A stretch of DNA of 64,000 nt from an uncultured Actinomycetes bacterium (GCA_964499205.1 CAZCJX010000006.1:2533-66532), one strand, 5' to 3'; shown: positions 25,142 through 35,002, numbered from the stretch's first letter. Numbers and translations: made by a program. The notes: generated from the sequence alone by a model not told the origin.

Positions 25142-28100
25142 GGCCGCACCAGGAGCGTGCGGATCTCCCACGCGCGCAGCGCGATGTCCACGGCGCCTTC
25201 CTGGTTGCTGAGCTGGTCACCCTCCTCCTCGAGGATGTTCGCGGCGTGGACGCGAGCCCCTGACGGGAGGCCGCACAGTAGGACCTGCGCACTGCGGCCC
25301 GTCGCCTCGTAGAGCCGGACCGCGATGCCCTCTCCGGCGTTGACGCGCTTGAGGCTGGAGATCAGCACACCCTCGTCGCCTTCCAGACGTGGGCGCCAGC
25401 CTGTGTGCGGTTCCGCGTGCGGCCCGCTGGCAACGCGTGCCAGCAACGGCTGGTTGAAGCCGGCCGCCATCTCGGGGATGCGTGCACTGCGCCAATCACC
25501 CGGATGCGGCACGAGGCTGTACTGGAACTCATGGTGGCCGGTGTCCGACTCCCTGTCCGGCGAGTACGCGTTGCGCAGCAACGTCAGTCGCAGCCGTGAG
25601 CCGAGGGCGTCGTAGCCGTACTTGGACTCGTTGAGGATGGCGACGCCGTACTCCGGCGTCCCCACGTCGGCCCATCGCTGCGCGTTCTGCTCGCGTCCGT
25701 CGGCCGGCCGGCGGGCGGCACCGAACGGCGTCTCGTACCACGCCTGCGCGCCGTCGATGGTGGCGTTGAAGCTCACCTTGAGGTTGGGGATGCCGATCTC
25801 CGGGCCGCACGGCTCGTTCCAGTCCACGGTCGTCTGGAAGTCGATCCGGGCAAGCTCAGAGTAGAAGTGAATGCGCTGATGCAGCGTCGAGGAGCCGAAC
25901 GGGACCTGCACGGCGAAGACCGCACACACCGGGCCCGTCGCCAGCAGCCTCGCGCTTGCGTTGCCGCGCAATGTCTCCTCGCGCTTGACGCGCCCGATGG
26001 CCCAGGCGGCCATCCCGTGGGGTTCCTCATGAATCAGTTGAAAGACGTTCAGCGCGAGGTCCGAGCGCACCTCGTCGTCGGGATCGCCCCAGCGCCAGGT
26101 CGCGGGACCGACGAGCTGTCGGCCGACGCGCTTGTCGACGAGCGACAGGATGACGCCGCTGTCCGGGCGCATACGCGCCTCGAAATGCGGCGTGTCGATG
26201 ACCAGGTAGGCGTCCCCGGGCACGTTGTACCAGAGCGCTCTCTCAGTGCGAACCGACACCACAGAGCTCGCAGCGTCGTCGCCCTCGACGATCTGATACG
26301 CGGTGGTGCCGAAGGCGGGCACCGTGGCGACGAACAGCAGCCGTTGGTCCACCACCTGGGCGGGCGACGTGGTGCCGTCGGCGCTGCGCACGGCCGGCGA
26401 GTCGGGAAGCGGTCCGTGCAGCTCCGCGACGGGCACGCAGACCAGGTCGGTGCGGTCGAACCCGAGCGGATTGGTGACGGCGATGCGCCCCGCCTCGATG
26501 CCCGCGTGGAGGACGTCGAGGGCCTCGGCGGTGACTCTCTCGGCGGTGGTGCGCACCTCGTCGAAGTCGCGCCCGCAGTCCTGGTATGTCCCCCGGATCG
26601 CAGTGCCGCAGATGATGTCGTGGAACTGGTTGAGCAGGATCTTCCGCCAGCTCTCGCGCAACTGCGCGACGCGGTCGAGGCCGGCCAGCGCGGACAGGGC
26701 CTCCGCCGTACCGAGAAGGCTCTCGCCATGGCGGTTCCACCGCTTGATGTCGGCGTGCGTCGTGTAGCAGCCCTCCCAGAGGAGGTCGGTCTCGCCGTGG
26801 TGCACCGGCAGCTCAACGCCAGAGGCGAGCACCGCGTCCGCGTAGGCGGCGATGGTGCTGCATTCCGCGGCCGGCATCACCGGTGTGTTCTGCAGGCGAC
26901 GAAGCGCGTCGAGCCCGTAGCGCGTCGGGCCGCCGCCGTGGTCGACGGCACCATGCCACCACATCACGTGATCGTGGCCGCGTTCGACGCCGAGCTTGAT
27001 GGCGGCGTCGGCCAGCTCGGTGGCGGTGAGAAAGCCGCCGTACACCGGGTTGGTGACGGCGAGCACGCGCGCACCCTCCTGGCTCTCGAACCAGTAGGCG
27101 GGCCAGGTGGAACGCTCTCGGTTGCCCGGGTTGGCGCGGTGGTGGTAGTAGAGCTTCGCGCCTGCCTGCGCCGCAAGCTGCGGCACCTGACCCGCGTGAC
27201 CGAAGGTGTCGGGGGCCATGAACAGGGAGGGCTCGACGCCGAGGACCTCGCGCGTGTAGGCGACACCCTCCTGCAGCTGCCGGGCGTGCGACTCGCCGGA
27301 GGGGATGTTGCTGTCGGTCTCCACCCACTGCATGGTCCCCACCTCCCAGCGACCCTCGCGGATGTAGGCGAGCACCTTCTGGAAGAGCTCCGGCTCGTGC
27401 TGGCGGATGATCTCGTAGGTCACAGGCTGGCTGTGCACGAAGCGCAGCTCGGGATAGTCCTCCATCATCGACAGCACGCTGCGGACGTCGCGGCGGACGA
27501 CCTCGACGGTGTCGGGCCAGGTCCACTGCCAGTTGATGTCGATGTGGCTGTGTCCGATGACGTGGACGTGCAGGGACTTGGCGCGCGCGTCGAAGCGGCC
27601 GAGCTCCCGTGCCACCGCATCGAGGGCGGGCTGCAGCACGTCGTCGGATGCGGTGAGGTCGTCGGGAACGAGGGCGGCCGCGGCAGCCAGCGCGTCCCGA
27701 TCGGCGTCGTCCCGCGCCAGGGCTGTGGCCAGGCGCAGCTGCGCCAGCGCGAGGTCGAGCATCTCGAAGCGACGCTGCAGGCCGGGGGTTCCGAATGTCA
27801 GCAGGTTCCAGCCCGGTTCCAGCTGCGCGTCGGGCGCGCGGATCACCAGGCGCAGCGTGCCGTTCGAGCCGTTGGCGATGTGGGGGAGGACGTCGATGAG
27901 CGCGGCGCCACTGGCGGCGACCGGAGTGCTGTCGTCGAGGATCACCAGCTCGCCGACCGACAGCGTCATCGGGTACAGCGACTCGATGGTCATCTGCAGG
28001 GCGTCGCCGCCGAGCGTGACGCCCTCGATGGCCTCGGGCAGGTCCAGTTCGAGCTCCAGCTCGAGACGCCGCCCCGGCTCCAGGACCAGGCCGTCGAACG

Positions 28101-28278
28101 CCGCCATCGGCCGGAAGCGGTCGGTGCGGATCATCGGGACGAAGTCGGGACCCGGCCCGGCCACGCGATTCCAGCCCCGCGGCAGCCACCCGAGCCGCAC
28201 CTTCTCCGCGGCGGCGGCGAGGTGCTCCATCGCCTCGGCGGGCGTTCGCCGCGCCGCGGCCGTTTGGCTCACGGTCAT
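25138..28278 (-). CDS. GH38 alpha-mannosidase with N-terminal extension
   Basis: HVIGHSHIDINWQWTW (Zn-binding HxD), E.D.NIPSGES.ARQ, PDTFGH (nucleophile Asp), GAVDHGGGP, NQFHDIICG, NESKYGYD. Confidence 0.93.
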   Translation of the reverse strand: MTVSQTAAARRTPAEAMEHLAAAAEKVRLGWLPRGWNRVAGPGPDFVPMIRTDRFRPMAAFDGLVLEPGRRLELELELDLPEAIEGVTLGGDALQMTIESLYPMTLSVGELVILDDSTPVAASGAALIDVLPHIANGSNGTLRLVIRAPDAQLEPGWNLLTFGTPGLQRRFEMLDLALAQLRLATALARDDADRDALAAAAALVPDDLTASDDVLQPALDAVARELGRFDARAKSLHVHVIGHSHIDINWQWTWPDTVEVVRRDVRSVLSMMEDYPELRFVHSQPVTYEIIRQHEPELFQKVLAYIREGRWEVGTMQWVETDSNIPSGESHARQLQEGVAYTREVLGVEPSLFMAPDTFGHAGQVPQLAAQAGAKLYYHHRANPGNRERSTWPAYWFESQEGARVLAVTNPVYGGFLTATELADAAIKLGVERGHDHVMWWHGAVDHGGGPTRYGLDALRRLQNTPVMPAAECSTIAAYADAVLASGVELPVHHGETDLLWEGCYTTHADIKRWNRHGESLLGTAEALSALAGLDRVAQLRESWRKILLNQFHDIICGTAIRGTYQDCGRDFDEVRTTAERVTAEALDVLHAGIEAGRIAVTNPLGFDRTDLVCVPVAELHGPLPDSPAVRSADGTTSPAQVVDQRLLFVATVPAFGTTAYQIVEGDDAASSVVSVRTERALWYNVPGDAYLVIDTPHFEARMRPDSGVILSLVDKRVGRQLVGPATWRWGDPDDEVRSDLALNVFQLIHEEPHGMAAWAIGRVKREETLRGNASARLLATGPVCAVFAVQVPFGSSTLHQRIHFYSELARIDFQTTVDWNEPCGPEIGIPNLKVSFNATIDGAQAWYETPFGAARRPADGREQNAQRWADVGTPEYGVAILNESKYGYDALGSRLRLTLLRNAYSPDRESDTGHHEFQYSLVPHPGDWRSARIPEMAAGFNQPLLARVASGPHAEPHTGWRPRLEGDEGVLISSLKRVNAGEGIAVRLYEATGRSAQVLLCGLPSGARVHAANILEEEGDQLSNQEGAVDIALRAWEIRTLLVRP

Positions 28279-29708
28279 CAGGACCCGACCGGCAGCGGGC
28301 CGAAGCAGGGGAGGGGCAGCCCATGATCGTCCGTCCCGGCCAGCTGCGGCATGAAGCGTGGGCCGTGGACGAGGCGGTCGCTGGGGTCGACCGGACCGTC
28401 GAAGGTCAGCTCGATGGCGTCCGCGGTCACCCTCGCCTGGGCCGGCACGCGGACATGGTTGGCGGCGTCGCGCAGCTCGAAGGCCCGCGTGATCTCAGGG
28501 TTGGGGGTGAGCCGGCCGTTGACCCCGGTGAGGAGCACTCGAACCGTGCCGCTGGCGGCGTCTGAGCCGTCGATCCGCGCCACGTCCGGTGTGGTTCCCT
28601 GGCCGCGCAGCGCCAGTGCGGCGCGCGCCAGGCGCCGGCCCAGCTCCCACTGACCATCTGCCGAGACGTGCCCGAAGTCGTACTTGGGCAGGTCGGCGGC
28701 GACGGCGATGCGGATCCTCGGGTCGCGCGCCGGCAGCGTGCGGATCTGCTCGCGTACCGTCTCCCAGCAGTAGACGGTCTCAGGCTTCTCGATCTGCTGC
28801 CAGCGTTCGTCGGAGGTGTCGACGCTGGAGATCTGGACGACGAGGGCGGGCAGGTCGGGAACGCCGAGCTCGCGACGCACGTCGTTGAGGAATGCGAGGA
28901 AGCGCTCTGCGTAGGTCTCGGCGGCGCCGGCAGCGCTGTCCGCCTCGCCCTGGTACCAGGCCAGGCCGGACGTCGCCCCGGTGTGCCGGCCGCGCCAGAT
29001 GAGGTTCCAGAACAGGCTTCCCGAGGGGTCGTCGGGTCCGGCATTGGCGTCGCCCCACGCCTTGGTCCAGAGCTCGAGCGAGGTCGAACCCAGCGCGGTG
29101 GGCACCAGGCCCACGGGTCTGCCGGTCAGCTCGATGAGCGCGGAGGCAAAGCCGAGCCCCGGGCCGACGCCTCCGCCCGCCTGCTCCGGGGTTCCCTTGA
29201 TCCGCTCGAACTCCGCGTCGATCCACTCCCGCGACTCCGGGTACATCACCGGGTGGATGCGCAGCTGAACCGAGTTGCGGTCCTCCCAGATGCGGTGCAG
29301 AGGGTCGCGCGCCTCCTTCCAGGTGCGGTCCACGCTGAACATGCGGGCCAGCGGAACGCTCTTCGCGTCGGGCGTGGCCAGCTCCGCGCCCTGCATGTTG
29401 GACTGGCCACCGAGCAGCCAGACCTCGCCGACCAGCAGATCCTCGACGACCAGGCGGTCGGAGCCGATCTCGACAGAGACGGTGTACGGTCCGCCGGCTT
29501 CGAGGTCCACCTCGATGGCATTGCCGACGGCACGGTGCGCCACCGTGTGGCTGTCACTGGCCCCGCCGGCAACCATGACGCGAGCGGCGCCCAGGTCGCC
29601 GCCGCCCTCGACGGTGAAGCGCACCGTGCCGCTCCCGGATGCGTGCGCCTGGACGACGGTGGACGCCTGTGGACCGCTGATGCGGCGGCGGGTCGGTACC
29701 TCAGCCAC
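28278..29708 (-). CDS. SGNH sialate O-acetylesterase / carbohydrate esterase family
   Basis: VGEVWLLGGQSNMQG, PVGLVPTALGSTS, WYQGEAD, D..H (KYDFGH). Confidence 0.85.
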   Translation of the reverse strand: MAEVPTRRRISGPQASTVVQAHASGSGTVRFTVEGGGDLGAARVMVAGGASDSHTVAHRAVGNAIEVDLEAGGPYTVSVEIGSDRLVVEDLLVGEVWLLGGQSNMQGAELATPDAKSVPLARMFSVDRTWKEARDPLHRIWEDRNSVQLRIHPVMYPESREWIDAEFERIKGTPEQAGGGVGPGLGFASALIELTGRPVGLVPTALGSTSLELWTKAWGDANAGPDDPSGSLFWNLIWRGRHTGATSGLAWYQGEADSAAGAAETYAERFLAFLNDVRRELGVPDLPALVVQISSVDTSDERWQQIEKPETVYCWETVREQIRTLPARDPRIRIAVAADLPKYDFGHVSADGQWELGRRLARAALALRGQGTTPDVARIDGSDAASGTVRVLLTGVNGRLTPNPEITRAFELRDAANHVRVPAQARVTADAIELTFDGPVDPSDRLVHGPRFMPQLAGTDDHGLPLPCFGPLPVGS

Positions 29709-30732
29709 GGGAGATCACCTCCGCGAGCGCCCGCCACGTCGCCGACTCGGTGCCGTCCGGCTTGACGAGCCACAGACCTGGGCAGCCATGTGGCTGGCGC
29801 TCGCACTCGTTGTCGTAGACCTGCCAGAAGATCGCGTAGGGGCAACCCCAGTCCAGGGCTTCGACCGCCATCCGCGCGCTGATGGCGGCGCCGGCCTCGT
29901 CGCCGATCGACTCCAGCCAGCCCAGCCGGCGCTCGGGATACCCGAACTCGCCGAGGAAGATGTTGTTGCGGCCGAACGCTTCCGAGGGTGCGCAGTGGGC
30001 GGCGATGAACTCGAGACGGTCGATGAGGTCGTCCGGTCCCGGCCAGTCCCAGACGGAGTACGAGTACAGGTCGCAGCGCAGGTGCGGCAGCACTTCGGTG
30101 GTCAGCTCGGCATTCCCATCCATCGCACTCTTGACCAGGTTCACCTCGGCCGCATTCCAGACGCGGACGTCACTGTCGGGCGTCGCGGCTCGCCCCTCCT
30201 CGACTCCACGCTGGCGCGCCATCATCCAGCGTGAGAAGCGATCCATGGCATCGCGCGGAGCGAATCGCTCACGATCGGTGTGGCCGCGCACCGCCCAGTC
30301 ACCCTCCCAGTTCTGCAGCACGAAGGTCTTGCCGGTCCCGTTCAGCGTCTGCCGGAGGTGCATGGTGAGGTCGCGAAACTCGGTGACCTCAGCCTGCTCG
30401 TCCTCGTCGCTGAAGCCGCGCTGCCAGTACCCGTTGTCGTCGGGCACGGCGCGGAACGCCTCCAGGACGTAGGTGGTGAAGGGCATCGAGAACACCTCCT
30501 GGAAGCGCGGCTCCTTGGCCTGCTCGGTGAGCGAGGTGATGTGCGGCCAGAGCGCGTCGAACCGGTAGCTGCGCTCGGGATGGCCGTCGAACCAGAGCTT
30601 GATCACCGACGAGCCCAGGCGCCGAATGTCCCTGGCACCTGACAGCAGGAAGCTGCCCGTTCCGGGGTGGTAGCAGCCGGAGGCGTGCGTCACTCCGAGC
30701 CGTTCGCTGATGGGCGGCGTGCTCAATGACAT
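29701..30732 (-). CDS. Uncharacterised protein, candidate clan GH-A-like glycoside hydrolase
   Basis: ATG 30732 overlaps the upstream gene's end; 'VLQNWEGDW', 'LYSYSVWD', 'IFLGEFGYPE', 'FWQVYDNE' resemble acid/base and nucleophile strands of a TIM barrel. Confidence 0.55.
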   Translation of the reverse strand: MSLSTPPISERLGVTHASGCYHPGTGSFLLSGARDIRRLGSSVIKLWFDGHPERSYRFDALWPHITSLTEQAKEPRFQEVFSMPFTTYVLEAFRAVPDDNGYWQRGFSDEDEQAEVTEFRDLTMHLRQTLNGTGKTFVLQNWEGDWAVRGHTDRERFAPRDAMDRFSRWMMARQRGVEEGRAATPDSDVRVWNAAEVNLVKSAMDGNAELTTEVLPHLRCDLYSYSVWDWPGPDDLIDRLEFIAAHCAPSEAFGRNNIFLGEFGYPERRLGWLESIGDEAGAAISARMAVEALDWGCPYAIFWQVYDNECERQPHGCPGLWLVKPDGTESATWRALAEVISRG

Positions 30733-32420
30733 GTGCCCTGATAGAGCATCGAGTCCGTCGCGGGCCAGTTGCCCAGCGAGTAGCGCCTGCCGCCGTTGGC
30801 GTAGCAGAAGGAGCCGGGGTAGGGATTCTCCACGCTTGTCTGCTTGGGATCGAACCAAAAAAGGGTGGCGTCCTGGTTGAACGCGTGGTCCGGGGCGAAC
30901 GAGACTCCGGCCTGGAAGTATGGGGGCGCGCCGGAGGCGGGGTCGGGGAACTGGGTGGTCACGAGGCCCTTCTTGAATGTGTCGGGATTGAGGTTGGGTC
31001 CTGCCATCTGGATGCCGGAGGCCAGCATCAGCAGGTTTGAGTAGAAGACCTGGGTTGCCTCTGCCGTGGTGACGCCGTCGTTGCAGCCGCTGGGGTCGAC
31101 CTCCTTGCAGCCCCAGTACCACGGGGTCTGCGACAGCGGCAGCTCCTTGTTCATGAAGCTGATTCCGAAGGTGTGCGACGCTTCGCTCGCCGGCCAGAGG
31201 ACCTCGGCGTGCACCTCGTCGTCCATGTAGAGGAACGAGGACACGTACCACTCCGGCTCGTACCCCTGCGACTCCGCTTGATGCTGGAGGTACCCCATGG
31301 TCCCGCTCTCGCACAGGCAGAGGACGTTGTTGATGTTGTCCGTCTTCAGCTTGGCGATCGTGGTGGGATAGGTGCTCTGCGACTCCTCGGGCACCTCGAC
31401 GACGTCCTGGCTGGAGATCGGTGCCCCGCATGCGGACAGCTGGTCGAGAAGCGTCGAGTAGGCGGGGCCGATGTGGTCGAAGGTGGTGTAGGCGAGGGCG
31501 AACTTGCGCTTGGCTCCGGCGAGCAGCGGGTCACCGGCGAAGCGCGCCGGCTTGCCGACCAGCGCCCGGCAGGCGTATTCGGCCATGTTGCGCTCGACGA
31601 TGTCGAGCCCGGGCGTGATGCTCCAGACGTAGGGATCCATCTGGCTGTAGTAGTCGCCCTCACCGGCTGCGGTCGTCCCGTGGACGGTGCTGATGATGCC
31701 GGCGTTGCGCAGCGCGGTGTAGTAGGAGAGCTCGGGGCCACCCGCGTCGCAGATCGCGGTCGAGGCGAAGACGCCCAGGGAGATCACGTACGCGGCATGC
31801 TGCTGGTCCGTCTGGGGCAGGTCCTGGGCGCAGCTGGTGGGCTGCGGCGACTGGGCGGCGAGGATGAGCTTGATGTGGCGGCCGTAGAACTCGAAACGGT
31901 TGTTGAAGAAACTCTCCAGGTCGTGCTCCCAGGTGTAGTTGTTGTTGTCGCTCCAGTTGGTGTGCCAGACGAAGATCTTGATGGAGTTGGCGTCAACTCC
32001 CTTCGAGGTCGCACCGTGGTTGTCGCCCTGCCAGTAGGGGATGCAGGGGGGCGACTGTGGGTCCTCGATCTGCCGCGGCGGGTCACCCACGCAGTGGTGC
32101 ACCGACTTGGTGTCGATGACCGCGGGCGCCGACGGGGTCGGCGGTGCAGGCGTGGGACTCGACGTCGGCCCGCCTGCGCGCGCCCCGCCGCCCGCCTTGC
32201 CCGAGCCGCCCTGATTCCCCACCAGCCCCGCCTGTTCCTTCGGGGGCTGCTTGATCTGCTGCGCCGCCGGGGCGAACTCGGCGACGGTGGGAGGGGGAGG
32301 TTGGCTGGCGTGCAGCGCGAGCGGGAGGATGACGGCGACGATCGCCAGCACCATGCCGAGGTTGGCCATGGCGCCGAGGCGGCTGGGACGGCGGCCGGCC
32401 GGGTTGGTCACTGCGCTCAT
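30723..32420 (-). CDS. Membrane-anchored type-1 periplasmic-binding-fold (LIV-type) substrate-binding-like protein
   Basis: N-terminal TM, Pro-rich linker, 'NHGATSKGVDANSIKI', 'FNNRFEFYGRHIKL', 'QAESQGYEPEW', 'ASGIQMAGPNLNPDTF'. Confidence 0.65.
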   Translation of the reverse strand: MSAVTNPAGRRPSRLGAMANLGMVLAIVAVILPLALHASQPPPPTVAEFAPAAQQIKQPPKEQAGLVGNQGGSGKAGGGARAGGPTSSPTPAPPTPSAPAVIDTKSVHHCVGDPPRQIEDPQSPPCIPYWQGDNHGATSKGVDANSIKIFVWHTNWSDNNNYTWEHDLESFFNNRFEFYGRHIKLILAAQSPQPTSCAQDLPQTDQQHAAYVISLGVFASTAICDAGGPELSYYTALRNAGIISTVHGTTAAGEGDYYSQMDPYVWSITPGLDIVERNMAEYACRALVGKPARFAGDPLLAGAKRKFALAYTTFDHIGPAYSTLLDQLSACGAPISSQDVVEVPEESQSTYPTTIAKLKTDNINNVLCLCESGTMGYLQHQAESQGYEPEWYVSSFLYMDDEVHAEVLWPASEASHTFGISFMNKELPLSQTPWYWGCKEVDPSGCNDGVTTAEATQVFYSNLLMLASGIQMAGPNLNPDTFKKGLVTTQFPDPASGAPPYFQAGVSFAPDHAFNQDATLFWFDPKQTSVENPYPGSFCYANGGRRYSLGNWPATDSMLYQGTCH

Positions 32421-32501
32421 CGGTCGCTCAACCCCGAAGCCTCATGCGATGGTGTCACCTCCGTCCTCCTGCAGCCTCCTGGCGAACGGGGGCCGTCCGC
32501 G

Positions 32502-32531
32502 ATTCTTCGCCGCGGGCGACATCGTTGTCAA
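32502..32531 (-). promoter_or_regulatory. Promoter for the SBP operon with operator 3 (32517-32530, CGACATCGTTGTCA) over the -35
   Basis: Minus strand TTGACA-ACGATGTC-N10-AAGAAT. Confidence 0.7.
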
Positions 32532-32551
32532 GAGCCGTCGCGGAGCGGCGT

Positions 32552-32588
32552 TGACAACGTTGACATGGGGTGGCCGGCCGCCGATAAT
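32552..32588 (+). promoter_or_regulatory. Promoter for the beta-helix gene with operator 4 (32552-32565, TGACAACGTTGACA) over the -35
   Basis: TTGACA (32560-32565)-N17-GATAAT (32583-32588). Confidence 0.8.
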
Positions 32589-32642
32589 GGCGCCGCTCGG
32601 TTCGTGCCGACGCCGCAAGGAAGCGTTCAGGAGGTGTCCAGC

Positions 32643-34865
32643 ATGGGCCGCGGAGCATCGCACCGGTCGCTGAGGTGGGGGCACCGGGCTCTCATCGGGG
32701 GGCTGGCGTTTGCGGGGGCGCTCGTCGGACAGGCCGGCGGCCACACCGCCAGCGCTCAGGGCACCACCTACTACGTCGATGCCCTCGCGGGCTCCGACTC
32801 GAACAGCGGGACGAGCAGCGCCCAGCCGTGGCAGACCCTGGCCAAGGTCGACGCCACGACCTTCCAGCCCGGCGACCAGGTGCTCTTCCACGCCGGCCAG
32901 ACCTGGAACGGGCAGCTGGCCCCGCAGGGTTCAGGTGCGCCGGGCGCGCCCATCACCCTCTCCAGCTACGGCACCGGCGCCCGGCCCTACATCAACGGGA
33001 ACTCGGTGCCCTCCGGCACCGGCGCCATCTACCTCAACAACCAGTCGTGGTGGACGATCAACGGCTTCGAGGTGACCAGCAACAACGGCCAGGACAACTT
33101 CGGCGCCACCACCGCAGGCAGCTGGCGCTCGGGGATCTGGGTCGACAACAGCGGCCTGGGGCTCGTCTCGGGGATCACCATCACCAACAACGACGTGCAC
33201 GACGTCAACGGCTGCTTCGCCTGCACCCAGGGTGACGGCCATGCCAATGGCGGCATCGCACTGCTCGCCTACCAGAACGTTGGCGGCGACAGCTTCAACG
33301 ACGTGCTCATCTCCGGCAACACCGTCAGCAACGTCGGCCGCGAGGGCATCAGCGTCATGGACGACTCGACCGCCAGCGCCGATCCCTTCCATCAGGCCGA
33401 CCTGCAGTCGTCGATGAGCACCAACGTCGCCATCCTCAACAACACGGTGACCTACACCGACGCCGACGGGATCACCGACATCGGCACCGAGGGCGCGCTC
33501 ATCCAGGGCAACGTCGTCGGCCATCCCTCGCAGAAGTCCATCGTGGGCAACTCCGAGGCGTCGAGCGGCGGCATCTGGAACACCCACACCATCGACACCA
33601 CCGAGCAGTTCAACGAGGTCTACGGCACGCTCACCCAAACCGTCGACGGGACCGGCTTCGACAACGACCTCTCCGCGCGCGACACCAAGATCCAGTACAA
33701 CTACAGCCACGACAACCAGGGCGGTTTCCTGCTCATGGAGGGAACCGGGCTCAACCAGCCGCCGCCGTCGAACGGCCTCATCGTCCGGTACAACCTCAGC
33801 GTCAACGACGCCTACTCGGGACAGCTGGGCGTCTTCGACTTCGCCTACGGCGGGACCAACAACACGCTGTTCGAGAACAACACCGTGTACATCCCGGCGG
33901 GCTCCCCGGCGAACCCGATGTACTGCCTGGGCTGCAACAGCACCGAGACCTTCGGCACGACCACCTTCCGCAACAACATCGTCGAGGACCTCGGCACCGG
34001 CAGCTGGACCTATCCGGGCGCGCTCAACGGGGCCAGCTTCGACCACAACGTCTTCTACGGGAACAGCACGCCCACGCTGCCACCCGATGCCTACGCGATC
34101 ACCTCGGATCCTCTGCTGGTCGCTCCGCCCGCGTCGGCGCCGTCCGGCCTGTGCAACGTGAGCGGTTACGAGGTGGCGGCCGGTTCTCCCGCCATCGGAA
34201 CCGGCGCGGTGGACCCCGCCAACGGTGGCGTCGACTACTTCGGCAGGCCGCTCTCACCGACGGTAGCGCCGACGCGCGGCTTCTATGAGGCGACCAGCTT
34301 CAGCAACGTCCCCGCGCTCACCGACACGGCCGCCAGCTTCATCGTCAGCGGGCGCCACACCCCCAACCTGGTCATCGACAGCTCACAGGCGGCGAGCGGA
34401 GGCGGGTACAGGTTCGCCGCCGGTGACGCGCTGCCCGCGACGGTCGCCTGGATCGATCCGGGGATGACCACCTTCAGCGCAACGGTGTACCAGGTGCCGG
34501 CGGATCCCACCCAGGTCACCTTCTGGGCATCTGCCGACGGCATCACCTACACCCAGGTGCCGACGCTGGTGACCCCCGGCAGCGGGCCGACGGCGGAGCA
34601 GGTGTCCCCCCAGGGCAGCCTGCCGTCTGGAACGCTCTTCCTGCTCGCACAGATCGCCACGCCGGGGGTGAGTCCCGACGCCGGCAGCGCCAACTCCGCC
34701 GGCGTCACGACGTCCGGCGTGCCGCCGCAGGAGTACGCCCCTATCGCCACCACGGAGATCGGCACCGTCGTCCTGTCCGGGCATTCGTCCACCTGCCCGC
34801 CGGCGGCTGCGCCGAGCGCTGCGAGGATCCTCGGCTACGCACGGAAGGCACGCGGAGCCGCGTAG
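32643..34865 (+). CDS. Secreted right-handed parallel beta-helix protein (pectate-lyase-like fold)
   Basis: ATG 32643 after AGGAGG; signal peptide ending ASA|Q; TTYYVDALAGSDSNSGTS..PWQTLAKV; repeated 'I..N.V.NV', 'D..GFD.D', 'IVRYNLSVND'. Confidence 0.85.
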   Translation: MGRGASHRSLRWGHRALIGGLAFAGALVGQAGGHTASAQGTTYYVDALAGSDSNSGTSSAQPWQTLAKVDATTFQPGDQVLFHAGQTWNGQLAPQGSGAPGAPITLSSYGTGARPYINGNSVPSGTGAIYLNNQSWWTINGFEVTSNNGQDNFGATTAGSWRSGIWVDNSGLGLVSGITITNNDVHDVNGCFACTQGDGHANGGIALLAYQNVGGDSFNDVLISGNTVSNVGREGISVMDDSTASADPFHQADLQSSMSTNVAILNNTVTYTDADGITDIGTEGALIQGNVVGHPSQKSIVGNSEASSGGIWNTHTIDTTEQFNEVYGTLTQTVDGTGFDNDLSARDTKIQYNYSHDNQGGFLLMEGTGLNQPPPSNGLIVRYNLSVNDAYSGQLGVFDFAYGGTNNTLFENNTVYIPAGSPANPMYCLGCNSTETFGTTTFRNNIVEDLGTGSWTYPGALNGASFDHNVFYGNSTPTLPPDAYAITSDPLLVAPPASAPSGLCNVSGYEVAAGSPAIGTGAVDPANGGVDYFGRPLSPTVAPTRGFYEATSFSNVPALTDTAASFIVSGRHTPNLVIDSSQAASGGGYRFAAGDALPATVAWIDPGMTTFSATVYQVPADPTQVTFWASADGITYTQVPTLVTPGSGPTAEQVSPQGSLPSGTLFLLAQIATPGVSPDAGSANSAGVTTSGVPPQEYAPIATTEIGTVVLSGHSSTCPPAAAPSAARILGYARKARGAA

Positions 34866-34884
34866 GTTTCGGCGTTGACGGGCG

Positions 34885-34938
34885 TTGACATTGGGGGTCC
34901 CCGCGCCTACACTCAGGACGGCGTAGACAACGTTGTCA
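34885..34938 (+). promoter_or_regulatory. Promoter of the 35-52.8 kb operon with operator 5 (34925-34938, AGACAACGTTGTCA)
   Basis: TTGACA (34885-34890)-N17-TACACT (34908-34913); palindrome just downstream of the predicted TSS. Confidence 0.85.
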
Positions 34939-35002
34939 TAAGGTTGGGAGTCGCGCTTTGCGCCAGCAGATTCACGGGAGTCGCGCGCATGCGACACGGG
35001 CG

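Noticed and set aside
31173-32642. N-terminal 490 aa of the 1230-aa ORF
   Set aside because: Antisense to the SBP gene; the real start is ATG 32643 with SD and promoter. Similar over-extensions were trimmed for tkt, MoxR, TGase-like, GH2, phyH-2 and FGGY.
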